A DNA stretch of 64,000 nt from Meiothermus sp. (GCA_033762915.1 JANRLD010000031.1:15442-79441), one strand, 5' to 3'; shown: positions 43,966 through 54,113, numbered from the stretch's first letter. Notes: generated by a model from the letters alone, not told the origin. Made by a program: numbers and translations.

Positions 43966-44102
43966 GGCTCGAGCAAGCTCGGCCGCGCACCACCTGCGGG
44001 AACCGCTACGGCCAAGGCGGCTTAGCGCGATGAGAGAACGCAGCCACGACCTGCCCTGGCGCTACTCCTCACGGGCGTCGCGGGCATCCGGCATGGAGAT
44101 GG

Positions 44103-45545
44103 TTATGTCTGCGGCTGCGGGCGCTTGGAGCGCGAGCGCCTGCGGCGGCGGCGCTTGGGGGCCTCGCCCTGACCCTGGGCCGCAGCGACGGGCTTGGCGG
44201 CCTGGGCGGCGGGCTGGGCGCCCGGCTGTGCAGCGGGCCTGGGTGGCTGGGGTTTGGACGGCGGCTTGGGGCCTTGAGGCTTCTGCGCCTTCTGCGGCGC
44301 GGCGGCCTGGGCGGCTTGGGCCCGCTGCTCCTTGGCGGCCTTGTTGGCCCGGGCCTGCGCCCGCTGCTCGCGCAGGGCGGCCATGCGCTCGGCAATGGGT
44401 ACCTCGAGCTTTTGCTGGGGCTTGGCCCGGTAGTCGAAGTTCTCGAGGGTGAGGCGCTCGAGGCGCTTGTTGATGGCCCGCTCGATGTCGCGCAGTTGGG
44501 GCTCCTCGTCGGGGGCCACAAAGGTGAACGCCTCGCCGGTGCGCTCGGCGCGGGCGGTGCGCCCCACGCGGTGGATGTAGTCCTCGGGCACCGCAGGCAC
44601 GTCGAAGTTGATGACGTGCTCGAGGGCCTCCACATCGATTCCGCGCGCGGCGATGTCGGTGGCCACCAGCACGCGATACTTGCCCGACTTGAAGCCCGCC
44701 AGGGCCTCGGTGCGCTGGCTCTGCGAGCGGTTGCCGTGAATTCGCTCGGCCTTCACGCCCTGCTTGATCAGGAACTCGGCCACCCGGTTGGCGCGGTGCT
44801 TGGTGCGGGTGAAAACGATGGCCTGCGTCACCTGGGTGTCCAGCAGCTTCAAAAGCAGCCCCGACTTGAGCTCCTGGGGCACCGGGTAGACCGCCTGGGT
44901 CACCCCACTGGCAGGCGCGGCCTTGCGCTCGACGTTGATGGTGAAGGGGTCGCGGAGTAGCTCCTTGGCGAGCTGGGCGATGGGCTCGGGCATGGTGGCC
45001 GAGAAGAAGAGGGTCTGCTGGGGCTTGGGGATGTGCCGCAGCACCCGCCGTATGTCGGGCAAGAAGCCCATGTCAAGCATCCGGTCGGCCTCATCAAAGA
45101 CCAGCACCTCGAGGCCCGCCAGTTTCGCGTACGGCTGGCTGAAGTGATCCAGCAGCCGCCCCGGCGTGGCCACGATCACCTCGACCCCATTCTTGAAGGC
45201 GGCGACCTGCGGCGCCATCCCCACCCCGCCGAAGACCGCCGCGCTGCGCACGCCGCTGCCCTTGCCCAGCAGCTCGAACTGCTCCTGCACCTGCATGGTC
45301 AGCTCGCGGGTAGGGGTGAGCACCAGCGCCCGGGTGACCCCCCGGGGGCCGTTCATCAGCCGCTGGAGGATCGGCAGCGCGAAGGCCGCGGTCTTGCCGC
45401 TGCCGGTCATGGCGCAGGCCAGCAGGTCGCGGCCCGCCAGGGCAGCCGGGATGGCCTGGGTCTGGATAGGGGTGGGTTGGGCGTAGCCCATCTGCTCGAC
45501 CGAGCGCAGCAGCTTGGGGTGGAGGGAAAGTTCGGAAAAAGTCAT
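44103..45545 (-). CDS. DEAD-box RNA helicase (RhlE-like)
   Basis: TGSGKT, PTREL, DEAD, SAT, ARGID, HRVGRTAR; basic C-tail. Confidence 0.96.
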   Translation of the reverse strand: MTFSELSLHPKLLRSVEQMGYAQPTPIQTQAIPAALAGRDLLACAMTGSGKTAAFALPILQRLMNGPRGVTRALVLTPTRELTMQVQEQFELLGKGSGVRSAAVFGGVGMAPQVAAFKNGVEVIVATPGRLLDHFSQPYAKLAGLEVLVFDEADRMLDMGFLPDIRRVLRHIPKPQQTLFFSATMPEPIAQLAKELLRDPFTINVERKAAPASGVTQAVYPVPQELKSGLLLKLLDTQVTQAIVFTRTKHRANRVAEFLIKQGVKAERIHGNRSQSQRTEALAGFKSGKYRVLVATDIAARGIDVEALEHVINFDVPAVPEDYIHRVGRTARAERTGEAFTFVAPDEEPQLRDIERAINKRLERLTLENFDYRAKPQQKLEVPIAERMAALREQRAQARANKAAKEQRAQAAQAAAPQKAQKPQGPKPPSKPQPPRPAAQPGAQPAAQAAKPVAAAQGQGEAPKRRRRRRSRSKRPQPQT

Positions 45546-45761
45546 GGTTTATGCGCGGCCCGCGGGCCAGTAGCATTCCATGATACCGCACCGGGCGTGC
45601 AGGCGTCCGGAGCGCGGTTACGGTTGGGGAATTGAGAGAGGGGCTCTGGATATTAAAACAACGCCAAAGTTACCACGTACCTAAGAAGAAGCAACTTGGG
45701 ATAAGATTAAGTTACTCGAACGGTGGCGGAATACTGTGAATCAGTAGCTGAGGTATGAAAA

Positions 45762-46202
45762 ATGGACTCGAAAACCTATGAAAAACTAGTAACGTTAATA
45801 TCGGGAAAGCTAACAAATAATAGTAAGTTGATAGATTCCGGTCAGCGCAAATTCGGAAAAGACAATCTGTGGGAAGGAGCATCGGGTTTTCGTCATCAGA
45901 TAGACGTCTCTATTCACGATGACACGGACATATTGTTGATCGAGTGCAAAAGTTGGACAAACAAGGTAAGAGCAATAGAGTATCTAACACTCATGGGTCG
46001 CCTCATTGACATCAAAGGCAATCCAGCATGTGCAAATCATAATGTTAGGGGTGCGATTGTAACGACGGTAGGATGGCAACGCGGAGTTGAGAAACTTGTA
46101 AAGCACTACTCTCAATCGTGTTCTGTATTTATAGTTGGGAAAGATGGTCAAATCAAGGAAATGATCCATACCCACTATGTTAACTTTGCATCTGTGTTGT
46201 AG
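45762..46202 (+). CDS. PD-(D/E)xK restriction-endonuclease-like protein (Mrr_cat-like), AT-rich
   Basis: GASGFRHQIDV ... LLIECK, AIVTTVGW. Confidence 0.75.
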   Translation: MDSKTYEKLVTLISGKLTNNSKLIDSGQRKFGKDNLWEGASGFRHQIDVSIHDDTDILLIECKSWTNKVRAIEYLTLMGRLIDIKGNPACANHNVRGAIVTTVGWQRGVEKLVKHYSQSCSVFIVGKDGQIKEMIHTHYVNFASVL

Positions 46203-46271
46203 TCTTCAAAACTCCCATTTGATGTTATTGAGTCTTCACTAGTTCGCTAACATCAAAGCTTTCGGTGATCA

Positions 46272-46520
46272 GGCCCCTTGAGCCCCAACTCACCATGCCG
46301 AAACCTTTCATCCTGAGGGTAGCAAAGGATCTCCGAAGGGCGTCAGTGTAGCCAATTCACTGTTGGAGGTAATGGTCCTTTTCGCAACAACGAATTGGCG
46401 TGTGTTCGCCCTTCGTAGATGTTTCGCTGCACTACGCTCCGCTCAACATGACAATGGCGTTAGCAAGATGGTTGACGGGTGTTGAGGTCGCCGTTGTTGA
46501 CTACTGAATCAGCTCAGGTG
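46272..46520 (+). repeat. Direct repeat copy 1 (TCATCCTGAG...CTCAACATGAC REP-like)
   Basis: Aligns with 47581-47815, including identical TGTGTTCGCCCTTCGTAGATGTTTCGCT and CTGAATCAGCTCAGGTG. Confidence 0.8.
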
Positions 46521-46603
46521 CCCCAATCTGTTGGACTCAATCCCACCCCAAGCGTATCCACCGCCCTAGACTCCCCTCACCCCCGCCGCGATACTGCGCC
46601 CTG

Positions 46604-47554
46604 ATGACCGCCCTCGAGCTGCCCTACCAGCCCATCCACGCCTCGCTCTACACCCGACAAGAGCTGTTCGCTGGCTTCGATTCCTCCGATCCCGGCTCCT
46701 TCGCCCGCACGCCCGACTTCGCCATCTACCGCCACGCCGTCGGCGAAGGGGGCTACCTGCCGCGCAATCCCTACGTGGGGATGATGCAGGCCCTGCACGA
46801 CACCTCCATCACCCAGGCCACCCAGGCCTTCATCGCGGGGCGGCGGGTGGCGGGGATCATGGGTGGGCACAAGCTGCCCCGCGACTCGGCCGCCTACCGG
46901 CAGGTGGCCCTGCTGGCGCGGCGGCTAACCCGCGACGGCATCCTGGTGTGTACGGGCGGCGGCCCCGGCGGGATGGAGGCCGCTCACCTCGGCGCGGCGC
47001 TGGCCAACCGCCCGGACGCCGACCTCGAGGCCGCCCTACAGCACCTCGGTGCACAGCCCGCCGTGCCCGCCCTCAAGCACATCGTGCGCCCCGACGGCAC
47101 TCCCGACCTCGAGCTGGTCCGGCCGGCCCACGCCTGGTTTCGGCCCGCCCTCGAGATCGCCGAATCCATCCCCGACCCCGGCCAGAGCCTCGCCGTTCCC
47201 ACCTGGCACTACGGCCACGAGCCCACCACCCCCCTCGCCACCCACATCGCCAAGTATTTCCAGAACAGCATCCGCGAGGACGGCCTGCTGGCCATCGCCA
47301 AGGCCGGCGTGGTCTTCGCCCAGGGCAAGGCGGGCACCATCCAGGAGATCTTCCAGGACGCCACCCAGAACTTCTACCGCACCCTCGGCGACTTCAGCCC
47401 GATGGTACTGCTGGGCACGAAGTACTGGACCGACGACTACCCTGTGGTGCCGGTGCTGCAAAAACTCTTCAGCCCCGACGACTTCTCCCGGTACGTCCGC
47501 GTGACCGACGACATAGACCAAGCGGCGGATTTTCTCGAGGGTTTCGGGGCTTGA
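46604..47554 (+). CDS. LOG/SLOG-family Rossmann nucleotide-binding protein
   Basis: GIMGGH, TGGGPGGMEAAHLGA, REDGL, GKAGTIQEIF. Confidence 0.82.
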   Translation: MTALELPYQPIHASLYTRQELFAGFDSSDPGSFARTPDFAIYRHAVGEGGYLPRNPYVGMMQALHDTSITQATQAFIAGRRVAGIMGGHKLPRDSAAYRQVALLARRLTRDGILVCTGGGPGGMEAAHLGAALANRPDADLEAALQHLGAQPAVPALKHIVRPDGTPDLELVRPAHAWFRPALEIAESIPDPGQSLAVPTWHYGHEPTTPLATHIAKYFQNSIREDGLLAIAKAGVVFAQGKAGTIQEIFQDATQNFYRTLGDFSPMVLLGTKYWTDDYPVVPVLQKLFSPDDFSRYVRVTDDIDQAADFLEGFGA

Positions 47555-47580
47555 AGGTGTTGCGCTGCTGGTAAAGGGCT

Positions 47581-47815
47581 GGCCTCGAGCCCCAACCCAC
47601 CAACACCGTTGTCATCCTGAGCGAAGGATCTCCTCACGGCGTCAGGGTCGCCCGTTCGCTGTTGGCGGTGACCGTCTTTTTCGCAACATTGAATTAGCCT
47701 GTGTTCGCCCTTCGTAGATGTTTCGCTCCACGTTGTTTCGCTCAACATGACAGTGATGTTGGTGAATTGCGTTACTGGTGGTGTTGCGGCCAAGCTTGCT
47801 GAATCAGCTCAGGTG
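47581..47815 (+). repeat. Direct repeat copy 2
   Basis: GTCATCCTGAGCGAAGGATCT ... AGATGTTTCGCT...CTCAACATGAC. Confidence 0.8.
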
Positions 47816-49021
47816 GCCCAGCCCGTTGGCCTCGAGCAGCTCCCGCACCATCACCTTCGCGCCGCGCCGCACCGACTCCTCGGCGGCCACGCCGATGACC
47901 ACGCTCCAGAAGCCCTCCTCGGGGGTGGCGGCGCTGTTGGGTTTGCCATCCATCGCAGCGATCCAGCGCAGGTGCTCGTAGTAGGTGCCGCCGTTGTGGC
48001 CGGTGTCCTCGATGGCGGTGGGGTAGCTGGGGGTCATGGTGCGGGAGGTCTTTTCTGGGGTGCAGATTACCTCGAGGTAACTGCCCCACTGCGAGTGGGC
48101 CTGCCCGTTAAAGCCCTCACTGGCCTTGAGGCGGCCCTCGTCGCCGCACAGCACCAGCTCCTCGTAGACCATAGGGGAGAACATGCACAAGTTGAAGTTG
48201 GCCCGCACCCCGTTGGCATACTCCACGATCACGAAGGCGTTGTCCAGGATGTCCGAGCGCTCGCCATCCTTCTCAAACTCCTTGAAGTTCACCGCCTGGC
48301 TGCCGCTGGCGTAGACGCTCACCGGGCGCGACTCGGCGAAGAGGTTGAAGAGGTCGAAGTAGTGGCAGCACTTCTCCACCAGCGTCCCCCCAGAGAACTT
48401 GGAAAACTTGTTCCACTGCTTCACCTTGTCCAAGAAGGGCTCGCGGTGCTCAAGAATGGTGATGGTGTGGAGCTGGCCCAGACTCTTGCGGGTCTTGGCC
48501 TCGTGGATGGCCTCGACATAGATGGGCTTGTAGCGGTACTGGAGGCCGATCTGGAGGGTCTTGGGGTGGGCCTTGGCGGTCTCCCAAATTTCATGGGCGT
48601 CCTTCAGATTGGTGGCCATCGGCTTCTCGAGCAGGATGTGCTTGCCGGACTTTGCCGCCGTCCGCAAGACCTCGAGGTGGGTGAAGTTGGGCGTGCAGAT
48701 GATCAGCCCGTCTACCGCGGGGTCGTTGCAGGCCGCCTCGAGGCTCTCGTAGGCCACCAGCGGCTCGGGGCTGAACTGGGCCTTGATGCGCCGGGCAGCC
48801 TCCACGCTGCTGGGGTTGGGGTCGTAGACCCCGTGGACGGTGCAGGTGCCCTCGAGCATCGTCACCTTGATGTGCTCCTGGCCGTTAACCCCCACCCCGA
48901 TCACGTTGAAGCGGTACTTGAGCGGGCCGGGGTCCATCAGAAAGCGGTCCTCCTGCGGCACGTAGGCGAACTTGGGCTGGAGGGCGTGGAGCCGGTTGGC
49001 GAACTCCTTGTTGCGTTTCAT
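47804..49021 (-). CDS. Gfo/Idh/MocA family oxidoreductase
   Basis: IGVGVNG, TPNFTH, LEKPM, GGTLVEKCCHYFD. Confidence 0.92.
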   Translation of the reverse strand: MKRNKEFANRLHALQPKFAYVPQEDRFLMDPGPLKYRFNVIGVGVNGQEHIKVTMLEGTCTVHGVYDPNPSSVEAARRIKAQFSPEPLVAYESLEAACNDPAVDGLIICTPNFTHLEVLRTAAKSGKHILLEKPMATNLKDAHEIWETAKAHPKTLQIGLQYRYKPIYVEAIHEAKTRKSLGQLHTITILEHREPFLDKVKQWNKFSKFSGGTLVEKCCHYFDLFNLFAESRPVSVYASGSQAVNFKEFEKDGERSDILDNAFVIVEYANGVRANFNLCMFSPMVYEELVLCGDEGRLKASEGFNGQAHSQWGSYLEVICTPEKTSRTMTPSYPTAIEDTGHNGGTYYEHLRWIAAMDGKPNSAATPEEGFWSVVIGVAAEESVRRGAKVMVRELLEANGLGHLS

Positions 49022-49174
49022 GGTTTTTAGATTATAAATCTAAAAAGCAACGGACGGCAGGGAGGCGGGGCCAGGGGTGACCGGCGGGGGTCGGGTCTTG
49101 GGCTTGCCCGTGGCCGAGGTATCCGTCCCGGTGCGCTTGGTGTAACCTGAGCGTCTACCAACTTGGGAGGTGCT

Positions 49175-50266
49175 ATGAAGCCAACGCTTACCGTGGCCGC
49201 CGTGGGGGACGTGATGCTGAACCAGCCGTTCGGGGACGGTCTGCCCCTGGAGGACTTGCAGGCCGCCGATTTTCGGGTGGCCAACCTCGAGGGGCCAATC
49301 ACCGCCGGGGGCTACCTGGCCGACAAGATCGCCCACCTGGTGATGCCCCCGGGCACCGCCCAGCAGGTGCGCGGGCTGGGCCTCGACCTGGTGGCGCTAG
49401 CCAACAACCACATGATGGACACCGGCCCCCAGGGCATCCAGGACACCGTAGCCGAGTTGCGGGCCAATGGCATCGGCCACGCGGGGGCCGGGATGAACCT
49501 GGCCGAAGCCCTCGAGCCGCACATCACCGAGGTGAAGGGGGCCCGGGTCGCCACCGTATCGCTGGCCGCCACGGTGCCTCCGGGCGCGGCGGCAGGCCAG
49601 GCGCGGCCCGGCATCGCCCCGCTGCGGGTGCGGGTCAGCTACTGGGCCGACGGCACCATCAACGAGGAGCAGCCCGGAACCCCGCCCTGGGTGCACACCG
49701 AGGTGATGGAGGAGGACCTGCGGCCCGCCCTCGAGGCTGTCCGGGCCGCCCGCCAGCAGGCCGACGTGGTGCTGGTGCAGATGCACTGGGGGGTACCGCC
49801 GGAGTGGAACTCGCCCTTCCAGGGCGACCTGGCCGAGTACCAGCGCCCACTGGCCCACGCGCTGGTGGAGGCCGGGGCCACGGTGATCCTGGGCCACCAC
49901 GCCCACGCGCTGGTGGGCATCGAGCGCCACGGGGGGGCGCTGATCTTCTACAGCCTGGGCAACTTCCTGCTGCACTGGTACTCCGGCCTCAAGGGCCTCA
50001 AGCCCCAGCGCCCGGCCCCCTTCTTCAAGCCCCGCTACAGCGAGCGCAACCGCCAGAGCGTGATCGCCCGGCTACGCTTCGAGCAGGACGGCGGCTGGGG
50101 GCTGGCGGGGGTCGAGTTGGTGCCCTGCCGCCTCGACGACAACGGCGAGGCCCGGCGGGTCTGGGGCGACAAGGCCGGGGAGATCCTCGAGACCCTGGCC
50201 CGCTCCGACGCGACGATGGGGGTAAAGCTGCGCCTGCGCGACGACGGGGTGATCGAACTCGAGTAG
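49175..50266 (+). CDS. CapA/PgsA-family metallophosphoesterase-like protein
   Basis: VGDVM, ANLEGP, LANNHMMD, MHWG, GHHAH, YSLGNF. Confidence 0.9.
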   Translation: MKPTLTVAAVGDVMLNQPFGDGLPLEDLQAADFRVANLEGPITAGGYLADKIAHLVMPPGTAQQVRGLGLDLVALANNHMMDTGPQGIQDTVAELRANGIGHAGAGMNLAEALEPHITEVKGARVATVSLAATVPPGAAAGQARPGIAPLRVRVSYWADGTINEEQPGTPPWVHTEVMEEDLRPALEAVRAARQQADVVLVQMHWGVPPEWNSPFQGDLAEYQRPLAHALVEAGATVILGHHAHALVGIERHGGALIFYSLGNFLLHWYSGLKGLKPQRPAPFFKPRYSERNRQSVIARLRFEQDGGWGLAGVELVPCRLDDNGEARRVWGDKAGEILETLARSDATMGVKLRLRDDGVIELE

Positions 50267-50284
50267 TTGGTGAGCGGGACCAAT

Positions 50285-51022
50285 CTACCTGAACCGCGCC
50301 AAGAATGCCTGCGTGGCCGCCCAGTATTTTTCCCTGGTCAGCGGGTTGCGCAAGGCCGCCGCGCCGTGGATGCCCAGGCCCTCGGGGACATAGAGGGTCT
50401 TGGCGCTGCCGGGGACGGCCTTAAAGATGGGGTCGGCGTCGCGCAGCTCGGAACCTCGGTTGGCCACCGCCACAAAGACCGGGACTTTGAGCTTGGCGGC
50501 GGCCTCCTGCACCAGCCTGGGGTTGTCGGCGTTGAGGTACTCACCGGGCGAGAAGGCCATCACGCCCGCAACGTCGGCGGGGTACTTGGCGGCCAGGAGG
50601 AAGACCAGCGCCGCCGAGTAGCTGCTCCCCGCCACGATGATGTTTTTGGTGTTCTGCGCCCTGGCCCAAGCCAGAGCGGCCTCGAGGTCTTTGAGCGCGT
50701 CCATGCGCTGATAGACGGCGGCGGGGGGCAGGGCTTTCTTGGTTTGGTTCTGGCGCTCGTAGTCGTCGCCGCCCACCCGCTGATCCACCGCCAGCAGGTT
50801 GAAGCCTTCCTTCAGCAGCCGCGGGATGGCCTCGCTGTACTCGCCCAGGTTGCCGGTGAGCTGGTGGAACAAGAGCAGGGTGCCGCGCGCGGGGCTGGCA
50901 GCGGCGTGGTACTCGGCATGCACCTTCACCCCGTCGGCAGCGGTGAGAACGACAGACTTTTGGGCAGCGGCCACGGCCCCGAGCAACAAGGCCCCCAAGA
51001 TCAACAGACGTTTTCCCTTCAT
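50285..51022 (-). CDS. Exported alpha/beta hydrolase
   Basis: Signal peptide, AVDQR, GSSYSA nucleophile elbow, HG. Confidence 0.82.
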   Translation of the reverse strand: MKGKRLLILGALLLGAVAAAQKSVVLTAADGVKVHAEYHAAASPARGTLLLFHQLTGNLGEYSEAIPRLLKEGFNLLAVDQRVGGDDYERQNQTKKALPPAAVYQRMDALKDLEAALAWARAQNTKNIIVAGSSYSAALVFLLAAKYPADVAGVMAFSPGEYLNADNPRLVQEAAAKLKVPVFVAVANRGSELRDADPIFKAVPGSAKTLYVPEGLGIHGAAALRNPLTREKYWAATQAFLARFR

Positions 51023-51090
51023 GGCACTCCTCCGTACTCCCCGGAGGTATAGCAAAATCAAAAGTGAAACGGGGTGGTAGATTTCACTTC

Positions 51091-51759
51091 ATGATTCCCC
51101 CTCGAGCCGAAGTCCGCGACCCCCAGGCGGCCCAGGTGATCTTGAACTTGCGCCAGCGACGCTACCTCAAGCCGTTTCTGGGGAGGGAGTGCAGCGTACC
51201 GCAGGCCGCCGCCGAGATCGAGGCGCGGCCCAACTCGCTGCTGTACCAGGTGCGGCGGCTACAGCGGCTGGGCCTGCTGGTCCAGACCGGCCAGGTGCGC
51301 CGACAGGGCCGGGCGCAAAAGCTCTACCGCGCCAGCGCCGACAGCTTTTATGTGCCCTTCCGCCTCTACGACCGGGCCGCCCTCGAGGAAATCCTGATGG
51401 ACTTTGATCTGCCCTGGCTCGAGTTCTTCAACCGCAATCTGTCCCGCGCCATGCTCGAGGCCCCCTCCGGCCCAGACGGCTTTCTGATGGAGCGCCAGAC
51501 TGACGGGCGGGTGCGCGTCCAGTTCGCCTCCCGCCGGGGCAGCGCGCTGCGCCCAGTCCCGCCCGACGCGCCCAGCATCCTCAGCGACTGGCTGGTGCTG
51601 CGCCTCACCCCCGCCGAGGCCCGGGCCTTGCAGCAGGAGCAACTCGAGCTGTTCGGGCGCTATGCGGGCCGCAAGAAGGGCCGCCCTTACGCGCTGCTCT
51701 TGGGCATCGCGCCGATCACCGTGGACACCGAGCTGATCGTTGTACCTGAGGGGGACTGA
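51091..51759 (+). CDS. Winged-helix (ArsR-like) transcriptional regulator
   Basis: LKPFLGRECSV..AA, LLYQVRRL..LGLL, KLYRASAD, LRLT..EA. Confidence 0.75.
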   Translation: MIPPRAEVRDPQAAQVILNLRQRRYLKPFLGRECSVPQAAAEIEARPNSLLYQVRRLQRLGLLVQTGQVRRQGRAQKLYRASADSFYVPFRLYDRAALEEILMDFDLPWLEFFNRNLSRAMLEAPSGPDGFLMERQTDGRVRVQFASRRGSALRPVPPDAPSILSDWLVLRLTPAEARALQQEQLELFGRYAGRKKGRPYALLLGIAPITVDTELIVVPEGD

Positions 51760-51817
51760 CGGGCCGGAAAGGCAAAAAACCTCCCGGTCGCGGATGCCTT
51801 TGCCGCCCGCCAGAACA

Positions 51818-51847
51818 TTGACAAAGTTTGTAATCTACCTTTACACT
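51818..51847 (+). promoter_or_regulatory. Sigma70-type promoter
   Basis: TTGACA-18bp-TACACT. Confidence 0.7.
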
Positions 51848-51889
51848 CCCAAATCAGCCGCGCAGTAGGCGTGGAAACAACCAAGCCAG

Positions 51890-52073
51890 TTCTCTTATCC
51901 AGAGCGGCAGAGGGATTCGGCCCTTTGAAGCCGCAGCAACCCACCCCAACCCAGTCGTCCATTACCGGCTCTGTTGAGGGCATGGTGCTAACTCCGACCT
52001 TCCCACACCCAACACCGTTAGGCCAACGGTGCAGCGATTAGGCACAATCGCGTGGGGGGGGCAGATAAGAGAA
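51890..52073 (+). ncRNA. SAM-I (S-box) riboswitch
   Basis: TTCTCTTATCCAGAG..GAGGGA..GGCCC..GAAGCC.CAGCAACC...GGTGCTAACTCC...AGATAAGAGAA; upstream of sulfur/Met genes. Confidence 0.93.
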
Positions 52074-52091
52074 GGAGCGCTAAGCTTTTAG

Positions 52092-52151
52092 CCCCTTCTC
52101 CCATTCACCAGCAAAAGCTGGAGAGAACACACGGGAGGGGGTTTTCCTCTT
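52092..52151 (+). terminator. Riboswitch expression-platform hairpin
   Basis: CCCCTTCTCCC ... GGGAGGGGG followed by TTTTCCTCTT. Confidence 0.55.
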
Positions 52152-52188
52152 CCCGTGCGGCAAGGCTGTGCGGCTGAGGGAGAACGCG

Positions 52189-53139
52189 ATGAAGCAATGG
52201 TTAGCGGTTGCGGTTCTGATCTTAGGTATGGGCCTGGCCCAGAAAACCATCAAGCTTGACTACGCCTATTACAACCCGGTCAGCCTGGTGCTCAAGGAGA
52301 AGGGCTGGCTCGAGCAGGAGTTCGCCAAGGACGGCACCCGGGTCGAGTGGGTGCTTTCGGCAGGCTCCAACCGGGCCAACGAATTCCTGGCCTCGGGCTC
52401 GGTACAGTTCGCCTCCACGGCGGGCAGCGCCGCGCTCCTGGCCCGCAGCAACGGCCTCCCGCTGCGGACGGTGTTCATCTACACCCAGCCCGAGTGGGCC
52501 GCACTGGTGGTGGGCAAGGACAGCAGCATCAAGACCGTGGCCGACCTCAGGGGCAAGAGCATCGCGGTCACGCGGGGCACCGACCCCTACTTCTTCCTGC
52601 TACAAGCCCTCCGCACGGCCGGCCTGAGCCAGAAGGACGTAAACCTGGTCTACCTGCAGCACCCCGACGGCCAGCAGGCCCTGCTCACGGGCCGCGTGGA
52701 CGCCTGGAGCGGTCTGGACCCCTACATCGCCGACGCCGAGGTGAAGGCCGGGGCGCGCATCATCTACCGCAACCCGCTGTTCAACTCGTTCGGCTTCCTG
52801 AACGTCCTCGAGAGCTTCGCCGCCGAGAACCCCGAGACGGTGCAGCGCGTGCTGCGGGTTTACGCCAGGGCCCGCGACTACGCCGCCAAGAACCTCGAGG
52901 AGACCGCCGCCATTCTGGCCAAGGCCGCCAGCCTTGATGTTGCCGTGGCCAGGCAGGTCATCACCCAGCGCACGCGGTTCGTCAACCCCTCCCCCGGCGG
53001 CACCCAGCGCGTGGTGCTCGACCGCATCACCCAGGTGATCGTGGCCGAGAGGCTGGCCGCCCCCGGCGCAAACGTGGCCCAGGCCGCCGCGACCATCCTC
53101 GAGCCCAAGTATCTGGGCCAGGCGCTGGCCTCGAGGTAG
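52189..53139 (+). CDS. ssuA: Aliphatic sulfonate-type ABC transporter substrate-binding protein
   Basis: DYAYYNP, SAGSN, TRGTDPY, VDAWSGLDP. Confidence 0.85.
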   Translation: MKQWLAVAVLILGMGLAQKTIKLDYAYYNPVSLVLKEKGWLEQEFAKDGTRVEWVLSAGSNRANEFLASGSVQFASTAGSAALLARSNGLPLRTVFIYTQPEWAALVVGKDSSIKTVADLRGKSIAVTRGTDPYFFLLQALRTAGLSQKDVNLVYLQHPDGQQALLTGRVDAWSGLDPYIADAEVKAGARIIYRNPLFNSFGFLNVLESFAAENPETVQRVLRVYARARDYAAKNLEETAAILAKAASLDVAVARQVITQRTRFVNPSPGGTQRVVLDRITQVIVAERLAAPGANVAQAAATILEPKYLGQALASR

Positions 53140-53142
53140 TCG

Positions 53143-53964
53143 GTGCAGCAGCCCATCACTCAAGCCAAGCCCGCGGGCCGGCGCGTATTGCGCCGACCCG
53201 CCGGGCGTCTCCGCTTCCCGCTGGGCGCGGTCATCCCGCTGGCGATCCTGGGGCTGTGGCTGCTGGCCTTGCAGCTGCAGTGGCTCAAGCCCTACCAGCT
53301 GCCCTCGCCGCTGCAGGTGGGTACGACGCTGGCGTATCTGGCCCAGTCGGGCGAACTGTGGGGTCACCTACAGGCCACGCTGGGGCGGTTGTTCACGGGG
53401 TTTCTGCTGGGCGCAATCCCGGCGGTCGTGCTGGGGTTGCTCTCGGGTCTGTTGCCCAAAGTGCGCGAAGCCCTTGACCCCACCCTGCAGGCGCTGCGGG
53501 CGATTCCCTCACTGGCCTGGGTTCCCCTTTTCCTGCTCTGGTTCGGGATTGGGGAGACGGCTCGAGTGTTGCTGATCGCCTTGGGCGTATTCCTGCCGGT
53601 CTACCTCAACACCCTGAGCGGCGTTGAGGGGGTAGACCGCAAGTGGCTCGAGGTGGGCCAGATCTACGGCCTGTCCAGGGGGAAAATCCTGCGGCAGATC
53701 GTGCTGCCGGGGGCGCTGCCGGGCGTGCTGCTGGGCCTGCGCTCGGGGCTGGGGCTGGGCTGGATGTTCGTGGTGGCGGCGGAGCTGATCGCGGCGAACA
53801 GCGGACTGGGCTTTTTGCTGCAAGATGGCAGCAACACCTCGAGGCCCGACAAGGTGCTGGCGAGTTTGCTCTTGTTCGCGGTGCTGGGGCGGCTGACCGA
53901 CTGGCTGCTGCGGCTGCTCGAGCAACGCCTCCTCTCGTGGCGCGATACGGTGGGCAATCAATGA
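53143..53964 (+). CDS. ssuC: Sulfonate-type ABC transporter permease
   Basis: LPSP, IPSLAWVPL..WFGIGE, VVAAELI. Confidence 0.88.
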   Translation: MQQPITQAKPAGRRVLRRPAGRLRFPLGAVIPLAILGLWLLALQLQWLKPYQLPSPLQVGTTLAYLAQSGELWGHLQATLGRLFTGFLLGAIPAVVLGLLSGLLPKVREALDPTLQALRAIPSLAWVPLFLLWFGIGETARVLLIALGVFLPVYLNTLSGVEGVDRKWLEVGQIYGLSRGKILRQIVLPGALPGVLLGLRSGLGLGWMFVVAAELIAANSGLGFLLQDGSNTSRPDKVLASLLLFAVLGRLTDWLLRLLEQRLLSWRDTVGNQ

Positions 53965-53969
53965 CGTTT

Positions 53970-54113
53970 TCCGTAGGGACGTGGCGCATAGCGCTTGGCC
54001 TTGCGTCCGTGCATGGCGGCAGACAACGTCATTTGCACTGCGAAGGAAACCTGGGAGAGGAAAGTGATTTGCGTTTTGGGGTGCGACGGACGCACGGCCG
54101 TGCGTCCCTACGG
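53970..54113. repeat. GTAG-type REP doublet (REPIN-like)
   Basis: CCGTAGGGACG...GCGTCCG and CGGACGCACGGCCGTGCGTCCCTACGG in inverted orientation. Confidence 0.75.

Noticed and set aside
42325..46202. MTase and 146-aa nuclease as one type II R-M system
   Set aside because: They are separated by an opposite-strand helicase gene and differ strongly in GC content.
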